From Desulfobacula sp. (GTDB lineage Bacteria > Desulfobacterota > Desulfobacteria > Desulfobacterales > Desulfobacteraceae): a DNA stretch of 24,000 bases. The stretch spans positions 116,622 through 140,621 of the forward strand of contig NZ_JAQYWD010000004.1 of the NCBI RefSeq assembly GCF_030145145.1. Direction: 5' to 3'. Under the pieces are notes generated by a model. That model was not told where the DNA came from. It worked only from the letters and a program-made list of their open reading frames with translations, and searched no databases. Both the position numbers and the translations under genes were made by a program. This document shows positions 17,265-24,000 of this stretch, in pieces (the stretch's first letter is position 1; each line of letters starts with the position of its first letter).

Positions 17265-18069
17265 AAGATTTACCCCGGTTCAGCGTATTTTTCATGCCGT
17301 ACTCATGCTCAGTTTCATATTCATGGGTGCAACAGGTCTCTCGCGCATGTATATGAATACTCCCTGGGGAAAATGGATGGGCTCCCTTTTTGGCGGATAT
17401 GACGTCAGCCTTGCAGCCCATAAGTATGTAGGCATTTGCATGATCATCGGATTTCTGATCCATTTTTTATATCTGATGATAAAAATCAACTGGTTGAATT
17501 TCCCCAAAAGTGTTATCGGACCGGATTCACTGCTGCCCAGACCCAAAGATATGACTGATTTTTTCCAGCACATCGGATGGTTCTTTGGTGCGAAAAAGCT
17601 TCCCGAGTTTGACCGGTGGGGATACTGGGAGAAATTTGACTACTGGGCTGTTTTCTGGGGCATGGCCATCATTGGTGTTACCGGGTTGATGATGGCGTTC
17701 CCTCTTTTTGCCACGCGATACATGCCAGGATGGGGATTAAATGTCGCTTTCTGGATACACCGGATTGAAGCGATTCTTGCCATGGCCCATGTGTTTATCA
17801 TCCATTTTTTCATAGCCCATCTTCGGCGCCATCATTTTCCCATGGATCGTGCCATGTTTGAAGGCAGTTCAGACCTGGCAACCATAAAAAGTGAAAAGGC
17901 TGCGTGGCTGGACCGCCTGAAAAACAGCGGGGAGCTCGAAGGAATGCTGGTGGCACAGGCAGCCCCCTTGAGACGAGTTGTTTTTTATTGTTTCGGGTAT
18001 GCCGTGGTGGCATCAGGATTGTTTCTTCTGATCGGGGCATTGGTCAATTTCAGATTTATCCTCTGGTAG
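17248..18069 (+). CDS. Membrane cytochrome b subunit (FdnI/PhsC/Ni-hydrogenase cytochrome b-like)
   Basis: ATG at 17248 with GGAGG at 17236-17240. The longer track ORF from 17146 overlaps the upstream gene. There are multiple TM helices with conserved His residues (RIFHAVLML, AAHKYVG, WIHRIEAILAMAHVFIIHFFIAH) and an EKFDYWAVFWG block typical of this family. Confidence 0.85.
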   Translation: MKNRLKRFTPVQRIFHAVLMLSFIFMGATGLSRMYMNTPWGKWMGSLFGGYDVSLAAHKYVGICMIIGFLIHFLYLMIKINWLNFPKSVIGPDSLLPRPKDMTDFFQHIGWFFGAKKLPEFDRWGYWEKFDYWAVFWGMAIIGVTGLMMAFPLFATRYMPGWGLNVAFWIHRIEAILAMAHVFIIHFFIAHLRRHHFPMDRAMFEGSSDLATIKSEKAAWLDRLKNSGELEGMLVAQAAPLRRVVFYCFGYAVVASGLFLLIGALVNFRFILW

Positions 18070-18171
18070 TGCACCGCTGGACCCATCCTCCTGCAGACCC
18101 GGCATTTAACGCCCTGGTTAAGTAAACGCCACCCCCCTTTCAGATGGATCTTCGGCAAAAATGGGGTCAAT

Positions 18172-20034
18172 ATGAATTGGAAACAAAAAATTGTTGATCC
18201 TGATGTTGTCATGAAACGAATAAAACCGGGAATGCGTATTTTCCTGGGAACCGGTATTTCCGAGCCCCGAACCCTTGTTAAACACCTGATGAAGGCTGAT
18301 GATAACAACCTGGTGGATCTTGAGCTGATCCAGCTGGTCAATTTCAGTGATGCCATTTCCCTCAAGACCCTTGATGCCAACAAATACCGGTTTAAAACCT
18401 TCAGTTCGGGGCATATGGTGAACCGGGCCATTGCCCAGGGACTGGTTGACCTGATCCCCACACGCTTCACCCGGCTGCATCGACTGTTTGACGTTGGGCG
18501 TATCCGGGTGGATGCGGCATTTGTCCAGATTTCCCTGCCCGACGATGCCGGAAAAGCAAGCCTGGGGGTTTCCCTGGATGTGGCACGGTCTGCCATGGGA
18601 CAGGCCCGTCTGGTTGTGGGAGAAATCAATCCCAAAATTCCCAGGACATTCGGCAATACCTTTGTCACCACATCTGAATTTAATCTGCTGGTCCGTTCAA
18701 CCGAAGACCCTGTTTATTTTAACCGGTGGGAAACCAGCCCGGCCTTTGACCGGATTGCCCGGCGCATTGCATTTTTAATCCCGGACAAAAGCTGTATTGC
18801 CTTCTCCATTGGTCCCCTGTTTGAATCCCTGAGCCGGCAGCTGATGAACAAACGCCACCTCGGGGTCCACTCGCCGGTATTTACCGATGCCTTGATGGAC
18901 CTGATAAAAAGTGGAGCGGTGACCAATCTTTACAAGACGATCTTCCAGGGAAAATCCATTGCATCCTATGCGTTTGGAACCCCGCGGCTCATGACCTGGC
19001 TGGACCGGAACCCTTTGATAGAATTCCATGGGATACGCACCGTGTTTGATCCGGTGAATATCGGGAAAAACCCCCGGTTTATCGCCATTATTCCCGCACG
19101 AAAAGTGGATTTAGCCGGCCGCATTGTCCTGCACCACGGGAAAGGGAATGTCATCTCCGGTCCCATGGAGCTGATGGACTCTTTTTTCGGGGCCCAGATT
19201 TCCAGGGACGGCCGTATCATCTTTGGCCTGCCGTCCCGGAACCTGCGCAACCAGTCCAACATTAGACTTTCCATTGAACGGTATTACAACCAGCTGGGAT
19301 TTGAAGAATCCATTGACATGGTGGTGACCGAATACGGAACAGCCATGCTCAACGGGCTTTCCATCCGGGAACGGGCCCTGGCCCTGATCGAGATTGCCCA
19401 CCCGGATGACCGCCCGGATCTGTTTGACCAGGCCAGGCAAAAAAAAATCCTCTACCCGGACCAGATCTTCTTAAAAAAAAGCGCCCGCCTTTATCCCCAT
19501 GACGTTCACGATCAGCAGACCTTTAAGACAGGTGTCATTGTCCGGTTCCGACCCATAAAGCCTTCAGATGAGGAACAGATGCGGCAGCTGTTTTATCGTT
19601 TTTCCGATGAAGCCATTTATCACCGGTATTTTCATTCCATCATCACCATGCCCCATTCCAAGATGCAGGCGTATGTAAATATTGACTGGGCCAACGCCAT
19701 GTCCATGGTGGGACTGGTGGGGGAACCCGGACAGGGGATTTTAATTGCTGAAGCCCGATATTTACGGGAGAACTCCGGCAACAGAGCTGAAATCGCTATC
19801 ATTGTTGATGAGGCCTACAATAGTCTGGGTATTGCCACCCATATGGTGACCCTGCTGAAAAGACTTGGCAGGGACAGGGGTATTACCGTCTTTACGGCTG
19901 AGGTATTATTTTCCAATCGCAAAATCATGAAGGTGTTTAAAAAAGTGTTCCCCCACCTCAAGAGTGTCCTGGCGGAAGGGGTTTACAGTGTTGTCATGCC
20001 CATCGCGCCGGATGACCATCCGAACCCCACCTGA
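18172..20034 (+). CDS. Bifunctional acetyl-CoA hydrolase/transferase-family domain fused to a Pat-type GNAT acetyltransferase domain
   Basis: 620 aa. The N-terminal ~450 aa resemble 4-hydroxybutyrate CoA-transferase/acetyl-CoA hydrolase family proteins (IKPGMRIFLGTGISEP...VTEYG). The C-terminal ~170 aa (VRFRPIKPSDEEQMRQLFYRFSDEAIYHRYF...NSLGIATHMV) resemble the GNAT domain of protein lysine acetyltransferase Pat. Confidence 0.85.
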   Translation: MNWKQKIVDPDVVMKRIKPGMRIFLGTGISEPRTLVKHLMKADDNNLVDLELIQLVNFSDAISLKTLDANKYRFKTFSSGHMVNRAIAQGLVDLIPTRFTRLHRLFDVGRIRVDAAFVQISLPDDAGKASLGVSLDVARSAMGQARLVVGEINPKIPRTFGNTFVTTSEFNLLVRSTEDPVYFNRWETSPAFDRIARRIAFLIPDKSCIAFSIGPLFESLSRQLMNKRHLGVHSPVFTDALMDLIKSGAVTNLYKTIFQGKSIASYAFGTPRLMTWLDRNPLIEFHGIRTVFDPVNIGKNPRFIAIIPARKVDLAGRIVLHHGKGNVISGPMELMDSFFGAQISRDGRIIFGLPSRNLRNQSNIRLSIERYYNQLGFEESIDMVVTEYGTAMLNGLSIRERALALIEIAHPDDRPDLFDQARQKKILYPDQIFLKKSARLYPHDVHDQQTFKTGVIVRFRPIKPSDEEQMRQLFYRFSDEAIYHRYFHSIITMPHSKMQAYVNIDWANAMSMVGLVGEPGQGILIAEARYLRENSGNRAEIAIIVDEAYNSLGIATHMVTLLKRLGRDRGITVFTAEVLFSNRKIMKVFKKVFPHLKSVLAEGVYSVVMPIAPDDHPNPT

Positions 20035-20127
20035 CAAAGGAAGGCACTCGCCTTCACCATTTTTTTAACCCTGCTTGGCTGCTGTGCCGGCAATTCTCCC
20101 TATAAAAGGCAATAGTCCCCGAACAAT

Positions 20128-20217
20128 GGGTCAGGCTTGCGTTATTGACACTTTTGCCGGCTTCTTCCCTTAATTATTCAGGCTTTGATCAAAAGCACAA
20201 TAACACAAGCCTGACCC
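20128..20217. repeat. Long-stem palindromic intergenic repeat element, copy 2
   Basis: Terminal inverted repeat GGGTCAGGCTT (20128-20138) / AAGCCTGACCC (20207-20217). The arms extend imperfectly to about 28 nt: GGGTCAGGCTTGCGTTATTGACACTTTTG versus the reverse complement GGGTCAGGCTTGTGTTATTGTGCTTTTG. It is in the same orientation as copy 1 and shares its sequence blocks. Confidence 0.6.
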
Positions 20218-20349
20218 GGTTTAGTTATCGCCATAATGAGAATTGCCGGCTGCTGTGCCATTTCTGTTGACACCCGCTTGTCCCCTGGCATATGATTATT
20301 TTTTTTGACATCGGCTGTTTGATCATTCAACCAAAGGAGATGATTATCA

Positions 20350-22752
20350 ATGAAAGGATTCCGCCGCATTCTCACCCTCATCATCGGCCTGGCTGCCTGT
20401 ATCGTCATACTGGTGCTATACCTGCCCTTTTTAAATGACTTCAAAACCAAAGGGACCCTTACCCTTCCCGGACTCACGGACAGGGTTACCATTCAGCGGG
20501 ACGAGAACGGAATGGCGTATATTCATGCCCGGAACCTTGAGGATGGATTTATGGCACAGGGATTTGTTACGGCCCAGGACCGGCTTTTCCAGATGCAGCT
20601 GACCCGCCTGGTTGTCCAGGGACGGGTGTGTGAGCTGGCCGGACCCGTTGCCAAAAATTTAGATATTCGCATGAGAACCATTGGCCTGCACAGGATGGCA
20701 AAAAAACAGGCCAACATCCTGAATGATCAAACAAAGGGCTATTTCCAGAAATATGTGGACGGGATCAATGCCTTTATTGCCCTTTGTCCCGATGATATCC
20801 ACCTGGAATTCAAACTGGCCGGCATCACTCCTGAAAACTGGAATGTTGTTGATTCCCTGGGTATCCTCTATTACATGGGATACTCAACCTCGGCAAATCT
20901 CAACACGGAAATAACGGCCCAGATGCTGCTGGAAACACTGGGGTATGAAAAAGCATGCCAGCTCATGCCGGTGAACATCAATGCAGATGATCCCGACGAT
21001 ACCGGCAACCTGAAAATACCCCCCAAAGACCATCTGTCCATCTCACCGACCGGTATCAAAGATGTTCTGGCGTATACCGGGAACCTGCAGCTTCGCGTCG
21101 GAAGCAACAACTGGGCCGTCTCCCCGGGGCGGTCTGCATCGGGCAGTACACTGCTGGCCGGCGATCCTCATCTGGATGTCCGGATACTGCCCGGGGTCTG
21201 GTATCCTTTGGGTCTGATAACACCCGAAACAAGAGCGGTGGGTGTTAATATTCCGGGCATACCCGGTATGGCCATCGGCCGTACCGATCATCTTGCCCTC
21301 TCGGTAACCAACAATTATGGGGACATGCAGGATCTGTACATCGAAACCATTGATCCTGAAAATTCTGACAATTATCTGGAAGGAAAAACCACCATACCGT
21401 TTATTCAGATCCGGGAGACCCTTAAAATAAAGGACAAAGACGACCCCAAAGGCTATCGGATGGAACCTGTAACCATCAGGGCCACCCGCAGAGGCCCGGT
21501 TGTTTCAAAGGTGTTGCCGGATTTAACCACCCAAAAGGTCATCAGTTTCCGCTTTGCCCCGGCTGAATCCATGGAACCGTTCATTGGTCTGATTGAAATT
21601 TTAACGGCGAAAAATGCGGCAGATCTTGTGAAGGTCTTAAAAAATATTCCCATGGTCTGCCTTAACTGGGTGTTTGCCGATACAAGCGGCAACATCGGTC
21701 ACCAGGCTTCCGGGAAAATTCCCATCCGGCATAATGGGGATGGGACCTTTCCCTTTCCGGTAAAAAATGCCGGGGACAACTGGCACGGATGGATTCCCCA
21801 GGACCAGATGCCCGGAACCCTGAACCCTGAAAAAAACTGGATCGGTACCTGTAACCAGAAAACCATAAAACACGACTACCCCTATTATTATTCTTCCTAC
21901 TTTGCCCCCTCCTACCGGTATAGAAGAGTAAAGGAACTGATGGCCTCTTCAAACAAAAAAACCATTGATGACCTGTGGATGTACCAGAGAGATACGAAAA
22001 ATTTAATGGCCCAAAGCCTGTCCCCGATCATGGCCAACGCCCTTCTAAAACATGAGGATACCCGTATCATGGGCAACATTCTTTCTGCATGGGACTTCAG
22101 GGATGACCCTGAAAAAGCCGCACCAGCCATCTTTCAAGCCACCTATCGATTGTTTGCCATGCGTGTCTTCGAAGATGACCTGGGCGAAGAAAATGCCATG
22201 ATCCTGCTCAACAACTGGTATTTCTGGCAGGAAAGACTGGAGCACATTATTTTAACCGGGGATGCGGCATGGATTGATGATACGAGGACAACCGATACCA
22301 TGGAATCCCTTGAAGACCTGTTTCACCAGGCGGCTGTAACCGCGAAAACCTTCTTAAGCTCACACTTGGGCGATACGCCTGAAAAATGGCAGTGGGGCAA
22401 GGTGCATGCCCTTGAACTTGTCAACCCGATCCGGAGAAAGGGAATAGGAAAAGCACTGCTGGGTTCCGGCCCCATGCCCATGGGCGGATCAGGGGAGACC
22501 TTGTACAGGGGATCATATGATTACGACACCCCTTTTGCCGTCAGCTATTGTGCCGCACTCCGCATGGTGGCGGATCTTTCAGACAGGGAAAAAGTACTGG
22601 CTGTCCTGCCGGGCGGTGTCACCGGCAGAACATTTCGTTCCCATCAAAAAGACCAGGTAGCCCCTTTTATGTCCGGGGAAAAGCGTTACTGGTGGTTCAG
22701 TGACACCGCCATTGACGAACACCAAACATCAAAATTAATCCTGGTGCCTTGA
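20350..22752 (+). CDS. Penicillin acylase family Ntn-hydrolase (possible acyl-homoserine-lactone/beta-lactam acylase)
   Basis: 800 aa. AAAGGAGA precedes the ATG, and there is an N-terminal signal/anchor (ILTLIIGLAACIVILVLYL). The conserved autoprocessing/catalytic junction G-SNNWAV is present (Ser codon 21103-21105), along with family blocks (GFVTAQDRLFQMQ, LAGDPHL, CLNWVFAD). Confidence 0.9.
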   Translation: MKGFRRILTLIIGLAACIVILVLYLPFLNDFKTKGTLTLPGLTDRVTIQRDENGMAYIHARNLEDGFMAQGFVTAQDRLFQMQLTRLVVQGRVCELAGPVAKNLDIRMRTIGLHRMAKKQANILNDQTKGYFQKYVDGINAFIALCPDDIHLEFKLAGITPENWNVVDSLGILYYMGYSTSANLNTEITAQMLLETLGYEKACQLMPVNINADDPDDTGNLKIPPKDHLSISPTGIKDVLAYTGNLQLRVGSNNWAVSPGRSASGSTLLAGDPHLDVRILPGVWYPLGLITPETRAVGVNIPGIPGMAIGRTDHLALSVTNNYGDMQDLYIETIDPENSDNYLEGKTTIPFIQIRETLKIKDKDDPKGYRMEPVTIRATRRGPVVSKVLPDLTTQKVISFRFAPAESMEPFIGLIEILTAKNAADLVKVLKNIPMVCLNWVFADTSGNIGHQASGKIPIRHNGDGTFPFPVKNAGDNWHGWIPQDQMPGTLNPEKNWIGTCNQKTIKHDYPYYYSSYFAPSYRYRRVKELMASSNKKTIDDLWMYQRDTKNLMAQSLSPIMANALLKHEDTRIMGNILSAWDFRDDPEKAAPAIFQATYRLFAMRVFEDDLGEENAMILLNNWYFWQERLEHIILTGDAAWIDDTRTTDTMESLEDLFHQAAVTAKTFLSSHLGDTPEKWQWGKVHALELVNPIRRKGIGKALLGSGPMPMGGSGETLYRGSYDYDTPFAVSYCAALRMVADLSDREKVLAVLPGGVTGRTFRSHQKDQVAPFMSGEKRYWWFSDTAIDEHQTSKLILVP

Positions 22753-22773
22753 GCAAATGCGTTACGATATTCA

Positions 22774-22791
22774 AACCACCGGTTATTTTTT
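22774..22791 (+). terminator. Weak candidate terminator after the acylase gene
   Basis: AACC-ACC-GGTT (only a 4-bp stem) followed by ATTTTTTGATTTTTTT. The T-tract is convincing but the stem is weak. Confidence 0.25.
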
Positions 22792-22847
22792 GATTTTTTT
22801 AAACTATGGCTTGAATTTTTACATTCAATATAGTAGGTTCCCGGCAA

Positions 22848-22923
22848 GCCAATGTAGCTCAGGTGGCAGAGCAGCTCACTCGTAATGAGCAGGTCTACGG
22901 TTCGAATCCGTACATTGGCTCCA
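22848..22923 (+). tRNA. tRNA-Thr (anticodon CGT)
   Basis: Cloverleaf folded by hand. Acceptor GCCAATG/CATTGGC; D-arm GCTC-AGGTGGC-AGAGC; anticodon arm GCTCA-CTCGTAA-TGAGC (anticodon CGT). Variable loop AGGTC; T-arm TACGG-TTCGAAT-CCGTA; discriminator T; encoded CCA. Confidence 0.95.
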
Positions 22924-23020
22924 CCCAAAACCACTGATACCAAAGCTTTTCAGCCTTTTTAAGAATTTTCATATATACACCAGAAACCTCTTCAAACTGC
23001 CCCAAACCGATCAAAACGCG

Positions 23021-23059
23021 CCCTGTTTTGCACCCTGTTTTGCACCCTGTTTTGCACCC
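23021..23059. repeat. Perfect 12-bp tandem direct repeat x3 (CCCTGTTTTGCA) plus a partial fourth unit
   Basis: Units at 23021-23032, 23033-23044 and 23045-23056 are identical, followed by CCC. The array lies about 100 nt downstream of tRNA-Thr, at the point where GC content falls. Confidence 0.9.
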
Positions 23060-23305
23060 AACTATATCGCAGGATATCTTTTAGATTCCACATAGTAAAA
23101 AAACTTTTTTCCAGCAATTCTGACAGTCAGATAATACAACCAGCGCCATGGATGATATCTCACCCACAAGCAATATTTCAGAAATAAAATCAGGTCTTTC
23201 TATGTGTAAAATTTTTATAAGAAATTTATTTTTTTCTTTACAACCGATTTTTATTGTTTTATTTTATCTATTAAAAGTTTTTATTCTAGCGTAAAGGTTT
23301 AAAAA

Positions 23306-24000
23306 ATGAAATTCACAAAAGAAGTCATTTGGACAATAAAAAATTTTATTCTTGATAATATAGAAACCCATCCAAATGATATAGTACAAATCGCATCTGA
23401 TTATTTTCGTGTTTCAAAACCGACCATTTTAAAATATATAAGAGAATTAATATCCCAGAAACAAATAGAAAGGCATGGAAATGGTCGATATCCTAATTAC
23501 AAACTACAGACGGTAAAATTTGAATTTAAATACAAGAACAAAGAATTACAGGAAGACGTCTTGTGGGCAAATGATATATCAAATAAACTCAAGGATGTTC
23601 AGCCAAATGTAAAAGAGATATGCCAATACGGTTTTACTGAAATTGTGAACAATGTTATTGATCATTCTGGATCTGAAGATTTAACTGTCTTTTTTGAAAT
23701 AAACCATAAATTAATTTGTATAACTGTTAGAGATTTTGGGGTTGGAATTTTTAACAAAATCAAACAAGATTTGGGCTTATCCGACCCAAAGCATTCTATC
23801 TTGGAGCTTGCAAAAGGGAAGTTCACATCCGATCCGGACAACCATACTGGTGAAGGTATTTTTTTTTCATCAAGAATGTTTGACCATTTTCATATTCTGT
23901 CACATAAATTGAGCTACTTTGGGCAGGGTAATGAAGACGGATGGTTGTTTGAGGATCCTGATGATGTGGATATCGATGGAACTGTAGTATTGATGAAAAT
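23306..24000 (+). CDS. Predicted wHTH + GHKL (histidine-kinase-like/anti-sigma-kinase-like) ATPase domain protein, partial (runs off the right edge)
   Basis: Not in the ORF track because there is no stop in the window. My manual translation from ATG 23306 (AAAGG at 23293-23297) gives MKFTKEVIWTIKNFILDNIETHPNDIVQIASDYFRVSKPTILKYIRELISQKQIERHG, which is HTH-like. It continues ...YGFTEIVNNVIDHSGS (N-box-like), VRDFGVGIF (G1-like) and HTGEGIFFSS (G2-like). The frame is open to the window end, and the codon usage is strongly AT-rich, unlike the rest of the window. Confidence 0.7.
   Translation, partial: MKFTKEVIWTIKNFILDNIETHPNDIVQIASDYFRVSKPTILKYIRELISQKQIERHGNGRYPNYKLQTVKFEFKYKNKELQEDVLWANDISNKLKDVQPNVKEICQYGFTEIVNNVIDHSGSEDLTVFFEINHKLICITVRDFGVGIFNKIKQDLGLSDPKHSILELAKGKFTSDPDNHTGEGIFFSSRMFDHFHILSHKLSYFGQGNEDGWLFEDPDDVDIDGTVVLMK

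Noticed and set aside
17985-18671. A 228-aa minus-strand ORF spanning the cytochrome b / CoA-transferase boundary.
   Set aside because: It is antisense to two well-supported + strand genes. Its composition is Arg/Ser/Pro-rich and low-complexity, typical of a shadow ORF, and it has no recognisable motif.
20178-20492. A 104-aa minus-strand ORF upstream of and overlapping the acylase gene start.
   Set aside because: It overlaps the acylase start and the palindromic repeat copy 2, has no RBS and has no motif. It is probably a spurious ORF.
22686-22943. An 85-aa minus-strand ORF.
   Set aside because: It runs antisense straight through the tRNA-Thr gene and the acylase 3' end, so it is an ORF-finder artefact.
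23021-23059. Whether the direct repeats could be a CRISPR array.
   Set aside because: The units are only 12 bp and directly abutting, with no spacers, so this is a simple tandem repeat and not a CRISPR array.

Overview
The window looks like chromosomal DNA from a Desulfobacterota-type anaerobe. That assignment is inferred from gene content, multiheme cytochromes and roughly 45-50% GC. It is densely coding and mostly housekeeping or energy metabolism.

Gene content in order:
- A partial HAMP-domain membrane protein and a SurA-like chaperone.
- A HAD-like hydrolase, a TPR+SPOR protein, and yhbY-ychF.
- A cytoplasmic PAS-PAS hybrid histidine kinase, translationally coupled to a small heavy-metal-associated (GMSCGHC) protein.
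- The mercury-methylation pair hgcA-hgcB, directly downstream of those two genes.
- A six-gene minus-strand operon: a Liv-type ABC transporter plus a long-chain acyl-CoA ligase.
- A three-gene octaheme cytochrome c / triheme cytochrome c / cytochrome b module.
- A CoA-transferase::GNAT fusion and a penicillin/AHL-acylase family gene.
- tRNA-Thr(CGU), followed by an abrupt drop in GC, a 3x12-bp tandem repeat and a partial wHTH-GHKL ATPase gene. This probably marks the edge of a genomic island.

The standout observation is in hgcB. The ORF track ends it at a TGA (8026-8028) that falls exactly at the conserved essential Cys73 position. The frame continues for 23 more codons to the family-typical C-terminal Cys-Cys and a second stop at 8098-8100. 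A hairpin with a CAGGUCUG apex, like the E. coli fdhF SECIS as I recall it, starts 11 nt after the TGA. I interpret this as a selenocysteine-containing HgcB that ORF callers truncate.

A roughly 85-90 nt long-stem palindromic repeat also occurs twice, at about 8117-8199 and 20128-20217.

All functional calls rest on motif recognition by eye. No database search was possible.
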